In this document: in pieces, positions 21,517-31,355 of the stretch
Layout: the number at the start of each line of letters is the position of its first letter
Position numbering within the stretch: position 1 is the stretch's first letter
Assembly (NCBI GenBank): GCA_964291495.2
Contig: OZ219872.1
Location: 832,001-896,000, forward strand
From: Dehalococcoidia bacterium
GTDB taxonomy: Bacteria > Chloroflexota > Dehalococcoidia > UBA2979
Direction: 5' to 3'
Length of the DNA stretch: 64,000 nt
Position numbers and translations under genes: made by a program
Notes under the pieces: generated by a model
What the model was told of the DNA's origin: nothing
The model's input: only the letters and a program-made list of their open reading frames with translations
Databases searched by the model: none

Positions 21517-22491
21517 TCAGAACGTCGCGATCGGGTTGGCCGGCGATCCGGTGCCGCGCTCGAAGCGCAGCGGGTTGAGCGTGAAGCAGAACTCCCAGCG
21601 CCCGCGCTCCTCGCAGGCCACGGCGAGGCGTTCGAGGTGGGCGTTGTCGATCAGCCGCAGGCCCATCGCGACGAGCGCGATCTGGTGCACGGGCATGCGC
21701 GTGCGCTTGTAGTTCGGGTCAAGGTAGCGCGTGTCCGTGGTCACGTCGGAGCCGATCACCGCCGCGCCGCGCTCGTGCAGCCAGGGCAGCGTCGCCGCGT
21801 GGTAGCCCGAGTGCTCGTGCGGCGGCTCGGCGCCGGCGAGGATCGCCGCCTCGTGCTGCGCGCCGTAGCCGGTGCGCAGCAGCACCACGTCGCCCTCCTC
21901 GACGCGCACGCCCTGCGCCTGCTCGGCCGCCTCGAGATCCTCCGGGTAGACGCCGGGCGCCATCGGCAGCGGATCCTGACCGAGCGCCCGGGCGACGTCG
22001 AGCAGCACGCCGCGCGTCATGATGCCGTCGCGCATCACCTCGGAGGTCTGCTCGAGCGCCCCTTCCGAGGTCTTGACGAGGCCGGCCGAGCGGCCGTTGT
22101 ACATCTGGCCGTCAAAGAAGACGTGGGCGAGGCCGTCGATGTGCGTGAAGATGCTGCCGTGGAAGGCGAAGCTGAGGCGCTCGCCCGCCCACTGCAGCGG
22201 CTCGACGCCGGGCATCGCCGGGTCCTCGGGGTTGTCGCCGAGCGCGTAGCGCTCGCCGCTCTGAGCCATGTCGATCACCGGGTTGCCGCCGGCGAGCTGC
22301 TGGCCGCCCCAGGGGATCAGCCGCGAGCAGGAGATGCTGACGCCCTCGCGGACCAGCGAGGCGGCCTGCCTGCGCTTCGCGTCCGTGATCAGGTTGAGCG
22401 TGCCGAGGGTGTCGTCGTCGCCCCAGCGTCCCCAGTTGCTGAGCGTATCGAAGTAGGAGAGCACCACTTCCTGCGACGGGGCCTCTGGCAT
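21517..22491 (-). CDS. Cyclase family (kynurenine formamidase-like) protein
   Basis: NWGRWGDDDTLGTLNLIT, THIDGLAH, RGVLLDV, GTGSPANPIATF. Confidence 0.9.
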   Translation of the reverse strand: MPEAPSQEVVLSYFDTLSNWGRWGDDDTLGTLNLITDAKRRQAASLVREGVSISCSRLIPWGGQQLAGGNPVIDMAQSGERYALGDNPEDPAMPGVEPLQWAGERLSFAFHGSIFTHIDGLAHVFFDGQMYNGRSAGLVKTSEGALEQTSEVMRDGIMTRGVLLDVARALGQDPLPMAPGVYPEDLEAAEQAQGVRVEEGDVVLLRTGYGAQHEAAILAGAEPPHEHSGYHAATLPWLHERGAAVIGSDVTTDTRYLDPNYKRTRMPVHQIALVAMGLRLIDNAHLERLAVACEERGRWEFCFTLNPLRFERGTGSPANPIATF

Positions 22492-22586
22492 GACTCACCT
22501 CCTGCGCGTCGATGCTGCGGATGCGGGCGCATCCTACGCGAAGGGGCGGAGCGCCGGGCCGGCCGGCGCGAGGAGCCGGAGGCGCG

Positions 22587-23699
22587 CTACGTGCCGATCG
22601 CCTCGCCGAGCTGGAGCCGCTCGAGGGCGTCGTAGGCCTCCTCGACCATGTCCATCACGACCTGGCGGGCGGGCTTCAACTCGCGGATGAAGCCGACGCC
22701 CTGCCCGGCGGGCGGGCTGATCCAGTCGTAGAGCTTGTGGTCCTCGGCCGCCTGCTTGATCTTGCCGACGAGCAGGCCCTGCAGCGGCATCGGCAGGTAG
22801 GGCGGGGCGTCGGGCTGCTCCCAGGCCTCCTTGAAGCGGTTGCGCACGGCGCGGTTGCGCTTGCCGTCGTCCGCCTCGTTGACCCAGGCGTCCTGCGCCT
22901 TCGCGTCGAGCAGCTTCTGCTTCGCCCACATCTCCGTGGCCGACTCGTGCGTAGCCTGCCAGATCGTGCCGGTCCAGACGCCGACCGCCCCGAGGACGAT
23001 CGCGGCCACGACGTGCTGGCCCGTGGTGATCCCGCCCGCGGCGAGGATCGGCGTGTCGTGCTGCCTCGCCAGCTCGGCGACCTCGGGAACGATCGAGAAG
23101 GTGCCGATGCGGCCGGTGTGGCCGGCCGAGTCCTGGCCCTGCGCGATCAGCAGGTCGAGCCCGGCGTCGAGCTCGCGCTGCGCCTGCCGCGCCATGCCGA
23201 TCAGGCCCCAGACCTTCACGCCGGCGTCGTGCATCTCGTCGAGGATGAAGGCGGGGCTTCCGAGGCCGGAGGCGAAGATCGGGATCTGCTCCTCCATCAT
23301 GATCTCGAGCTTGCGCCGCGTGTCGGCGAGGCCCTTCAGGCGCTGCGTGCCCCAGGGGCCGGGCGTGGTCGGCTCCGGGATGTTGTTGTCGCGCATCAGC
23401 CCGTCCATGAACTCGCGGTGCTGCTGCGGGATCTGCGCCTCGAGCTCCTCGAGGTTGCCGCGCACGTAGGAGGAGGGGATGGTGATGTCGACGCCGAACG
23501 GCTTGTCGCCCACCTGCTCCTTGATCCAGCGGATGTCGTTCTGCATCTCCTCGACGGTGTGCGTGCTGGCGCCGAGCATGCCGATGCCGCCGGCGTTGCT
23601 GACCGCGGCGGCCACGTCGCGCGTGTGGGCGAAGGAGACGATCGGGTATTCGCAGCCGTACTCCTCGCAGAGCCGGGTGTAGAGGGGGTCGTCGCTCAT
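22587..23699 (-). CDS. Nitronate monooxygenase/FabK-like flavoenzyme
   Basis: VAAAVSNAGGIGMLG, AQGQDSAGHTG, LAAGGI, GAVGVWTGT; ATG 23699. Confidence 0.88.
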   Translation of the reverse strand: MSDDPLYTRLCEEYGCEYPIVSFAHTRDVAAAVSNAGGIGMLGASTHTVEEMQNDIRWIKEQVGDKPFGVDITIPSSYVRGNLEELEAQIPQQHREFMDGLMRDNNIPEPTTPGPWGTQRLKGLADTRRKLEIMMEEQIPIFASGLGSPAFILDEMHDAGVKVWGLIGMARQAQRELDAGLDLLIAQGQDSAGHTGRIGTFSIVPEVAELARQHDTPILAAGGITTGQHVVAAIVLGAVGVWTGTIWQATHESATEMWAKQKLLDAKAQDAWVNEADDGKRNRAVRNRFKEAWEQPDAPPYLPMPLQGLLVGKIKQAAEDHKLYDWISPPAGQGVGFIRELKPARQVVMDMVEEAYDALERLQLGEAIGT

Positions 23700-23820
23700 C
23701 GTCTGGTCCTCTCGCTGCGGCCGGGGCGCGAGCCGCGCGCCCCGGGGCTGCATGGCGTGCTCAGGTTCGCGCCTTCGTGGCGCGCCGTCATGGTAGCAAG
23801 GGAGCGCCTTGCGGGGCGGA

Positions 23821-24756
23821 TCAGGCCGGCGCCAGTTCGCTGATCGCGGCGACTTCCTCGGCGCTGAGCTGCACCTCGCCGGCGGCGGCGTTCGAGACGA
23901 CCTGCTCCGGCTTCGTCGCGCCCGCGATCACGCTGGAGACCACGGGCTTCGCGAGCAGCCAGCCGAAGGCGACCTCCAGCAGGCTGCGGCCGTTGTCTTC
24001 GCACCACGCCTCGAGGCGTTCGACGATCTCCCAGTTGCGGTCGGACATGACGCGCCCCGAGAAGCGCGCGTCGGAGAGGCGGGCGCCCTCGGGGGCGTCC
24101 TCGCCGCGGCGGTACTTGCCGGTGAGCAGACCGCTGGCGAGCGGGAAGTAGGGCAGCATGCCCAGCCCGAACTGCTCGCAGGCCGGCAGCACCTCGGCCT
24201 CGATGCCGCGCTTGAGCAGGCTGTACTCATTCTGCGCGGAGACGAACGGGGTGAGGTGGTGGTGCCGTGAGATCCAGTGACAGTCCGCGATCGCCCAGCC
24301 GGCGAAGTTCGAGTTCCCGATGTAGCGCACCTTGCCCGAGCGCACGAGGTCGTCGAGCGCGCGTAGCGTCTCGTCGTGCGGGGTGTCCGGGTCCGGGAAG
24401 TGGATCTGGTAGAGGTCCAGGTAGTCCGTGCCGAGGCGGCGCAGGCTGGCCTCGACGGCCTGCATGATGTAGCGCCGCGATGCGCCGCGCATGAGCGGCC
24501 CCTCGCCCATCGGCACGCCGCACTTGCTGGCGACGATCACGTCCTGGCGGTCCGCGCCGAGCGCCTTGCCGAGGAACTCTTCGGACTTCGCGCCGCCGTA
24601 GATGTCGGCGGTGTCGAAGAAGTTGATGCCGGCGTCGAGGCAGGCGCGCACGACGGCCTCGGTGGCCGCGTAGTCGGCGCGCATGCCGAAGTTGTTGCAG
24701 CCGAGCCCGACGACGGAGACCTGCAGGCCCGATCGTCCGAGGTTCCGGTACTCCAT
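23821..24756 (-). CDS. Aldo/keto reductase
   Basis: MEYRNLGRSGLQVSVVGLGCNNFG, FFDTADIYG, LGTDYLDLYQIH. Confidence 0.95.
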   Translation of the reverse strand: MEYRNLGRSGLQVSVVGLGCNNFGMRADYAATEAVVRACLDAGINFFDTADIYGGAKSEEFLGKALGADRQDVIVASKCGVPMGEGPLMRGASRRYIMQAVEASLRRLGTDYLDLYQIHFPDPDTPHDETLRALDDLVRSGKVRYIGNSNFAGWAIADCHWISRHHHLTPFVSAQNEYSLLKRGIEAEVLPACEQFGLGMLPYFPLASGLLTGKYRRGEDAPEGARLSDARFSGRVMSDRNWEIVERLEAWCEDNGRSLLEVAFGWLLAKPVVSSVIAGATKPEQVVSNAAAGEVQLSAEEVAAISELAPA

Positions 24757-24894
24757 CGCGTCCCCCTCCGCCCCGCGTCACCACGGGCGTCACTCCCGAG
24801 TGCGGTCGAATGTCCGCGAGTATACGGTCCGCCGCCGGAGGCGCATCATCCCGCCTGTCGTCCGTGGGGCTACCGCCCCCGATCCGCGCCCTCT

Positions 24895-25340
24895 CCTCCG
24901 GCCCCCTCTCCCGGGGGAGAGGGTGGGGGTGAGGGGGCTCGCCCGCGGCTACGCCTGCCTCGATCGGGTGTTCGCCCTCAGTGGCGCTCGCCCGGCGGGC
25001 GTCGGACGAGCACGCTGCGCGGCTCGGCTGGATTCCGGCTTCCGCCGGAATGACGGGGATGGGGAAACCGCCCCTCCGGCCCCCTCTCCCGGGGGAGAGG
25101 GTGGGGGTGAGGGGCTCGCCCGCGGCTACGCCTGCCGCAATGGGTTGTTGCGCCCTCGGGGGTGCTCGCCCGGCGGGCGTCGGACGAGCACGCTGCGCGG
25201 CTCGGCTGGATTCCGGCTTCCGCCGGAATGACGGGGATGGGGAAACCGCCCCTCCGGCCCCCTCTCCCGGGGGACAGGTTGGGGGTGAGGGGGCTCGCCC
25301 GCGGCTACGCCTGCCTCGATCGGGTGTTCGCCCTCAGTGG
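24895..25340. repeat. 178-bp tandem repeat (about 2.5 copies) built from palindromic modules
   Basis: Units start at 24895, 25073 and 25251; the full units carry the CCCTCTCCC hairpin and CTGGATTCCGGCTTCCGCCGGAATGAC. Confidence 0.9.
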
Positions 25341-25374
25341 TTCCGACGAGGGCGCAGCCCCCCACAGCAGGGCG

Positions 25375-25785
25375 TCAGCGCTGGGGGTCGACGAACACCT
25401 CGCGGCGCGCGAAGCGCCAGCGCCCGCCGACGCGGCGCAGCGTGTCGTGGTAGAGACCGACGGGGCCGATGCCGCGTTCCGCGTGCCTCGAGCGATCCTG
25501 GTAGAGCCGCAGCAGGTAGACGCGCATCGTCGCCTCGTCGCCGTCGCCCTCGATGATCGGGCTGTTCGTCATGTGGCGCGCGGCGCCCGATCGCGCGTGG
25601 TCGCCGCGCGCGAACTCGACGAGGGCCGCGCGGCCCTGGACGTGCAGCCCGGCGCGGCGCAGCTCGATCACACCGTCGTCGGTGAAGCAGTCGGCGTAGG
25701 CCTCGCCGTCACCCGAGTCGATCGCGTGGGCGTAGCGCCCGAGCAACTCGAGGATCTCGAGGCGGTCGGCGGTGGTCAGCGGCAT
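25375..25785 (-). CDS. SnoaL-like/NTF2 family protein
   Basis: DRLEILELLGRYAHAID..FTEDG-like, RHMTNS, YHDTLRRVGGRWRF. Confidence 0.85.
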   Translation of the reverse strand: MPLTTADRLEILELLGRYAHAIDSGDGEAYADCFTDDGVIELRRAGLHVQGRAALVEFARGDHARSGAARHMTNSPIIEGDGDEATMRVYLLRLYQDRSRHAERGIGPVGLYHDTLRRVGGRWRFARREVFVDPQR

Positions 25786-25814
25786 CGCGGGCCCTCGGCG
25801 GAGGGTGCCTCCTG

Positions 25815-26483
25815 CTAGATGCCCAGGAACTCGTTCTGCGCGCTGAGCAGCATCACGTCGATCTTCGCCTGAAACTCATCGACGTCGAGGCTCATGATCT
25901 GCAGGTCGTGGAGCGCGCCGTCGCGGTCCATGACCTGGTTGCGCAGGCGCGCCTCGCGCTGGAAGCCCATGCGGCTGAAGACCTTGACGGCGGCCTCCTG
26001 GTCCGTGGTCATCTGCGCCATCATCTTCTTCACGCCTCGCTGCTTCGCGAACGCGAAGGCCTGCTCCGTGAGCAGCCGCCCGAGGTTCTTGCCGCGCATC
26101 TCATGCGAGATCAGCACGCGCAACTCGGCGACGTGCCGCGTCCAGCCGAGGCGGTCCGTGGCCACCGAGGTGTAGCCGACGATCGCATCGTCCCGCACGG
26201 CTGCGATCGTCGTGTAGTAGCCCTCTTCGATGTCCTCGATCCACTGGTCGACATTGGCCGGGTCCGTGATGTCCCGGCGCAGGAAGAGCAGGTCGTGCGC
26301 GGGCAGCTTGCGCGCGAAGTCGAGGATCGCCTCGCGGTCGCTACGCTCCAGGAAGCGCAGCGTCAGCGTCACGCCCTCAAGCGAGATCGCGGCGGGATAC
26401 TCGAGGGGTTCCGCACTCTGCGCCGCTACCTGATCGGCGATCTGCCCACCGAACAGTCGTCCGAGCCCTTGCAGCAGTCCCAT
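25815..26483 (-). CDS. GNAT family N-acetyltransferase
   Basis: Motif A RGKNLGRLL; FSRMGFQREA. Confidence 0.85.
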   Translation of the reverse strand: MGLLQGLGRLFGGQIADQVAAQSAEPLEYPAAISLEGVTLTLRFLERSDREAILDFARKLPAHDLLFLRRDITDPANVDQWIEDIEEGYYTTIAAVRDDAIVGYTSVATDRLGWTRHVAELRVLISHEMRGKNLGRLLTEQAFAFAKQRGVKKMMAQMTTDQEAAVKVFSRMGFQREARLRNQVMDRDGALHDLQIMSLDVDEFQAKIDVMLLSAQNEFLGI

Positions 26484-26656
26484 CTCGGTCCCCCAATGAG
26501 CCGCAATCGCTCACCCCGGCCGCGCGCCCGGGTCCGGGCGAAGCGGTTCTCCCCCACAGTCTCCCCCTTAAGGGATCGCCTTTCAACCCTGTGACGCGCT
26601 TCACGGCCTGGAGGCGGGCCGCTGTCCTCCAGCGCAACCGCGCGTACCATCCGCGG

Positions 26657-27796
26657 ATGCCGCCTCCGACCTTCTACCTGCGGGCGACGATGCTGCCCCA
26701 CGGCGACGCGCCGAGCGACCTCTGGGTCGCCGACGGACGCATCCACACCCGCCCGATCGACGGCGCCGAGCGACTCGCGCCCGAGGGCGGCTACGTGCTG
26801 CCCGGCCTCGTCGACGCGCACGTCCACCTCGTAACCAACCGCGAGTACAAGGAGCTTCCGGCCGGGTCGCGCGAGGTCGTCGACCGCAATCGCGGCGACT
26901 TCCTGCGGCGCGGCGTGCTGCTCCTGCGCGACATGGGCGCGTTCACCCGCCACGACGCCGAGCGCCCCGCGACGCTCGGCCTGCCGCGCGACGACGGTCT
27001 GCCGCCCGTGATTGCCTCGGGCCAGCCGCTCGCACCGCAAGGCGTGTTCACCGGCATCCAGGAGCCGACCGCTCCCGAGCAGCTGGAGGCGCACGCCGCC
27101 CATCGCGCGCGCGATCAGCGCGCGCCCTGGGTGAAGGTGATCCTCGACAACTTCCCGCCGCACTTCGCGCCGGCCGTCGACGGCGTGCCGGGCATGGTGA
27201 ACTACCGCGCGCCGGAGCTGCGCGCCGCCGCGGAGGCCGTCCACGCGGCCGGCGCGCGCATCGCCGTGCATGCCTTTACCCACGAGGCCGCCGCCACCGC
27301 CGTCGCCGCGGGCGTCGACTCGATCGAGCACGGCTGGGGCCTCGACGAAGGGCTGGTCGAGGAGCTGGCGCGGCGCGGCATCGCCTGGACGCCCACGCTC
27401 GCGCTCGACGAGATGATGCTGGACATGGCGGCGGGCGGGCGCGGACAGCAACAGAGCGCGGCCGTCGAGCGCTGGCTGCGCGAGGCGATCGATCGCATCG
27501 AGCCGCTGATCGTGCGCGCCCGGCGGCTCGGCGTCCCGTTGCTCGCCGGCACCGACGGCGTCGAGCCCGTCACGCGCGAGGTCGCCCGCCTGCAGCGGGC
27601 GGGCCTCGAGCCGGCGGACGCCCTCGCGACCGCCTCGAGCGCCGCGCGCGCGCTGCTCGGCGAGCCCGGCCTGGAGGACGGCGCCCCCGCCGACCTCGTC
27701 TGGTTCGCGGACGACCCCCGCGAATCGCCGGAGCTGCTGGGGCGGCCGGGCCTGGTGCTGCTGCGCGGCGAGCGGGTCGACCTCGCGAGCGGGTAG
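26657..27796 (+). CDS. Amidohydrolase family protein
   Basis: PGLVDAHVH, IAVHA, GVDSIEHG, LLAGTD, GAPADLV. Confidence 0.9.
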   Translation: MPPPTFYLRATMLPHGDAPSDLWVADGRIHTRPIDGAERLAPEGGYVLPGLVDAHVHLVTNREYKELPAGSREVVDRNRGDFLRRGVLLLRDMGAFTRHDAERPATLGLPRDDGLPPVIASGQPLAPQGVFTGIQEPTAPEQLEAHAAHRARDQRAPWVKVILDNFPPHFAPAVDGVPGMVNYRAPELRAAAEAVHAAGARIAVHAFTHEAAATAVAAGVDSIEHGWGLDEGLVEELARRGIAWTPTLALDEMMLDMAAGGRGQQQSAAVERWLREAIDRIEPLIVRARRLGVPLLAGTDGVEPVTREVARLQRAGLEPADALATASSAARALLGEPGLEDGAPADLVWFADDPRESPELLGRPGLVLLRGERVDLASG

Positions 27797-27865
27797 CGGC
27801 GACGCGCGCCACGGCGCAGACTCGGGCGGCGCGCCCAGCTTGAGCGCGGAAGCAGGAGCACGACG

Positions 27866-29053
27866 GTGAGCTGGTGGCCGAGCGCCGGAGGCGCAGCCTG
27901 GGACTGGGGCTGGACTCCCTACCCGGCCGTCTGGCTGCTGCTCATCGCGTTCGGGTGCGCCTACGCCCTGCTGGTGCGGTCGCTGCGCCCCGGCCGGCGC
28001 CGGACGGGTGATCCCGAGGTCAGCGCCGACCAGGTCGTGCTCTTCGCCGCGGGACTGGTGGTGCTCTGGGCCGCCCTCGACTGGCCGCTCGGGGCGCTCG
28101 CCGCCGGCTACCTGGCGAGCGGGAACGCGCTGCAGGACCTGCTGATCACGCTCGGCGCGGCGCCGCTGCTGCTGCTCGGGCTGCCGCGAGGCCGCCCCCG
28201 CCCGGAGCAGCCGCCGAGCGGACTTCGCGACATCGTCATGCAGCGCGTACGGCGCGCCCTCGGCTCGCCGGTGGTCGGCGGCGCGACATTTGGGATCACG
28301 CTCGCCATCACGCACCTGCCGGTCGTGGTGGACGCGCTGCGGCCCTCACCCTGGGGCTCGTTCGCGATCACGGCCGCCTGGCTCGGTGCTGCCACGGTGC
28401 TCTGGTCGCCGCTGGTCGGCCCGCTCGCGGGACGCCACCGACCCCCGTACCTCGTGGGGATGCTCTACCTCGTCGCGCCGTTCGTCTTCCCGAAGGTGGT
28501 GGGGGCCTTCTACCTCTTCCGCCAGGACCCGCTCTACGACGTCTACGAGGGCGCCCCGCGCGTCTGGGCCGACGTCACCGCCCACGGCGACCAGCAGGCG
28601 GCCGGCTTCCTGCTCTGGATCATCGGCAGCTTCATGGTGATCGCCGCGCTCGCCGTGCTGTTCTTCCGCTGGTACCAGGAGGACCGGCGGATGAGCACGC
28701 CCGACAGCCTCGAGGTGCCCGCCGACCCGCGCGCCGTCGATGCGCTGTTCGACGTGCCGGGCGGCTGGGCGGCGCTGGAGCGGCTGATCGCCAGCGTGCA
28801 GACGGCGCTGCCGCCTCGCTGGTCCGGCGCGGAGCTGACCTTCGCCTACCGCGAGCTGGGCGGCGAGGCGAACGAGACGCAGGTGATCCTGGAGCTGCAC
28901 GTCGCCCTCGACGGCCGCGCCGAGGCGCAACTGGCCCACGCAATCGAGACCGACTACGAGGCGCACCTCGCGTCGCTCCCGCCCCCGCGCCGCGAGCGGA
29001 TCGCCCGCCGAGTCGCCTTCCGCATCGTCGGGTACGGCAGCCGCGTCAGCTGA
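27866..29053 (+). CDS. Cytochrome c oxidase assembly protein (Caa3_CtaG-like) with C-terminal extension
   Basis: Multi-TM with ALDWPLGAL..YL, APLLLLGLP, DQQAAGFLLWI; ~120 aa soluble tail. Confidence 0.7.
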   Translation: MSWWPSAGGAAWDWGWTPYPAVWLLLIAFGCAYALLVRSLRPGRRRTGDPEVSADQVVLFAAGLVVLWAALDWPLGALAAGYLASGNALQDLLITLGAAPLLLLGLPRGRPRPEQPPSGLRDIVMQRVRRALGSPVVGGATFGITLAITHLPVVVDALRPSPWGSFAITAAWLGAATVLWSPLVGPLAGRHRPPYLVGMLYLVAPFVFPKVVGAFYLFRQDPLYDVYEGAPRVWADVTAHGDQQAAGFLLWIIGSFMVIAALAVLFFRWYQEDRRMSTPDSLEVPADPRAVDALFDVPGGWAALERLIASVQTALPPRWSGAELTFAYRELGGEANETQVILELHVALDGRAEAQLAHAIETDYEAHLASLPPPRRERIARRVAFRIVGYGSRVS

Positions 29054-29152
29054 CGCGGCGGGATGATCCGCGTCGCAGCCACCGGCCCGATACTATGGCC
29101 CCCTGGAGTTCGGGAAGCTGCCCCAGCGGCGCGGCTACCGCGTGAGGTCAGG

Positions 29153-30889
29153 ATGCTCGTCAACGAGCACATACGCTACGAGCCGGAGGAGCGCGCTCCG
29201 CCCCTGCTGACGCTCGTCGTGGCCTCGCAGGGCATGCTGTTGGCGCTCTCCAACACGGTCACGCTCGTGACCATCTTCGCCGTGGCCTACAACGACGACG
29301 GGAGCTACCTCGCCTGGGCGGTCTTCGCCGCCCTGATCGTTGCCGGCATCGCCATGGCCCTCCAGGCCACGACACTCGGACGGCTCGGGCCCGGCTACAT
29401 TCACCTGATGGGCCCCGGCGCCCCGTTCCTGGCGGTGTGCGTGCTGGCGGTCAACGAGGGCGGCCTGCCGCTCATGTCGACCCTCGTGGTCGCGTCATCC
29501 CTGATCCAGTTCGCGGTGGCTGCCTGGCTTGCGCGACTACGGCGACTGATCACGCCTGTCGTCACGGGCGTCGCGTTCATGATGATCCCGCTCACCGCGA
29601 TTCCGATCGCGATCGACCGACTGGACGACGTGCCGGCGGCAGCGGATCCGGGGGCGGGGCTGGCGGTTGGTGGGGCGACGCTGGTCACGGTGGCGCTCCT
29701 GATGCTGCGCGGGTCCGGCCTGTGGCGCCTGCTGGCGATGCCGATAGCGATCGTGGTCGGGTGCACCGCCGCCGTCCCGCTCGGCGTGTACGACGCGCGG
29801 CGGGCGCTCGACGCTCCGTGGTTCGATCTCCCGGACTTCTCCGCGTGGCCGGGCTTCGGCCCGGTGCTGGACGAGGACTTCTGGGCGCTGCTGCTCGTCT
29901 TCTTCATCGTCAGCGCCGTCGTCGCCGTCAAGGCCAGCAACGAGGGCGCCGTGATTCAGCAGGCCTCGAGGCGCCGACCGCGCAGCATCGACTTTCGCGG
30001 CGCCCAGGGGACGATGAACGTCGGCGGCGTCGCGATCCTGCTCTCGGGCATCGCGGGGACGCCGCCCACGATCATCTACCTGCCGAGCACGATCGCGCTG
30101 ATTAACTTCACCGGGGTGGCGGCGCGCCGGGCCGGGATCGTCATGGGGCTGATGCTGATCGGGCTGGCCCTGCTGCCCAAGGTCGTGGCCGTTCTGCTCA
30201 CGATCCCCCGGCCCGTAACCGGAGCGCTGTTGATGATGGTGATGGGCATGCTCTTCGTCGAGGGGATGCGCACCGTCTTCCGGGACGGCCTCAACCAGCA
30301 ACGCGCCTTCATCGTCGGCGTATCGCTGTCGATCGCGATCGGCTTGCAGAGCCAGAACGTGCTCGCCGACATCATCGGCGGACCGTGGGGCGTAGCGCTC
30401 GGCAACAGCGTGGTGGTCGGCGTGCTCGCCGCGGTGCTGATGACGGTCGTCCTCGATATTGCGGGGTCACGCAGCAGGCGCCTGGACACGGAGCTGGACA
30501 GCTCGTCCTTCCCCGCTGTCGAGGCGTTCCTCCGCGAGCTCGGTTCCGGCATGGGCTGGAACCAGACCTCGACCGACCGGCTGTGCGCGGCGGGTGAGGA
30601 GACCCTGTCGACTATGCTGCAGCTGCGTGACGACTACGAGGGCGAGAAGCCGCCGCGCCTCGCGGTCATCGCGCGTCCCGGGGCCGGGACGGCCGAACTG
30701 GAGTTCCTGGCGGTGTTCTCGGAGGAGAATATCGAAGACCGTATCGCGTACATCAGCGAGCAGGCCGAGACGCCGGAGGTAGGCGACATCTCGTTCCGCC
30801 TGCTGCGCCACTACGCCTCCGCCGTCCGCCATCGCAAGTACTACGGCATCGACATCGTCACGGTGGAGATCGAGGGCTCGCGCCAGTGA
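29153..30889 (+). CDS. NCS2 (xanthine/uracil) permease family protein fused to a C-terminal RsbW/HATPase-like domain
   Basis: IRYEPEERAP, LRRLITPVVTG, TIPRPVTGA, many TMs; soluble 140 aa tail with RLCAAGEETL and FRLLRHYA..RHRKYYGIDIVTV. Confidence 0.75.
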   Translation: MLVNEHIRYEPEERAPPLLTLVVASQGMLLALSNTVTLVTIFAVAYNDDGSYLAWAVFAALIVAGIAMALQATTLGRLGPGYIHLMGPGAPFLAVCVLAVNEGGLPLMSTLVVASSLIQFAVAAWLARLRRLITPVVTGVAFMMIPLTAIPIAIDRLDDVPAAADPGAGLAVGGATLVTVALLMLRGSGLWRLLAMPIAIVVGCTAAVPLGVYDARRALDAPWFDLPDFSAWPGFGPVLDEDFWALLLVFFIVSAVVAVKASNEGAVIQQASRRRPRSIDFRGAQGTMNVGGVAILLSGIAGTPPTIIYLPSTIALINFTGVAARRAGIVMGLMLIGLALLPKVVAVLLTIPRPVTGALLMMVMGMLFVEGMRTVFRDGLNQQRAFIVGVSLSIAIGLQSQNVLADIIGGPWGVALGNSVVVGVLAAVLMTVVLDIAGSRSRRLDTELDSSSFPAVEAFLRELGSGMGWNQTSTDRLCAAGEETLSTMLQLRDDYEGEKPPRLAVIARPGAGTAELEFLAVFSEENIEDRIAYISEQAETPEVGDISFRLLRHYASAVRHRKYYGIDIVTVEIEGSRQ

Positions 30890-30964
30890 TCGCACGCCGG
30901 TCTCAGTTCACACGCGTGTGCTGCACGGAGTTCGTGCAGGCACTTGATGAGAGGGGTTCCGCGC

Positions 30965-31252
30965 GTGAAGGGGTACATGTTCATAGACACCGAGATCTTC
31001 GATCAGGAGGTGTTCGCCGAATTCGCCGTCAAGATCGTCGACGCCATGGAGGCCCACGGCGGGCGGTTCCTGGTGCGAGGCGGGACCACCGAGGTCATCG
31101 ACGGCGACTGGGAGCCGAACCGCATCGTGATCATGGAGTTCGACAGCCTTGAGCGGGCTCAGGGGTTCGTGCGTTCGTCCGAGTACGGGGCGCTCCAGGA
31201 CCTTCGCGCGCGCTGCATGAACGCTCGGACGATGGTGGTCGAGGGGGTCTAA
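30965..31252 (+). CDS. DUF1330 family protein
   Basis: HGGRFLVRGG..EVIDGDW.PNRIVIMEFDS..A..SSEY. Confidence 0.9.
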   Translation: MKGYMFIDTEIFDQEVFAEFAVKIVDAMEAHGGRFLVRGGTTEVIDGDWEPNRIVIMEFDSLERAQGFVRSSEYGALQDLRARCMNARTMVVEGV

Positions 31253-31355
31253 CCCCGACGCTGCCGTCCCGCGGCAACGCCCGAACTACCGGCTCCGCAC
31301 GCCGCCGTGAGACCGGGGCGGCCACGTCAGTTGACGCGGCCGCCGTCGGGCCTCG

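Noticed and set aside
24895-25340. Repeat-variable-repeat pattern as CRISPR or DGR template
   Set aside because: Constant part is ~150 bp, the variable part recurs (A-B-A), and there is no cas or reverse transcriptase gene
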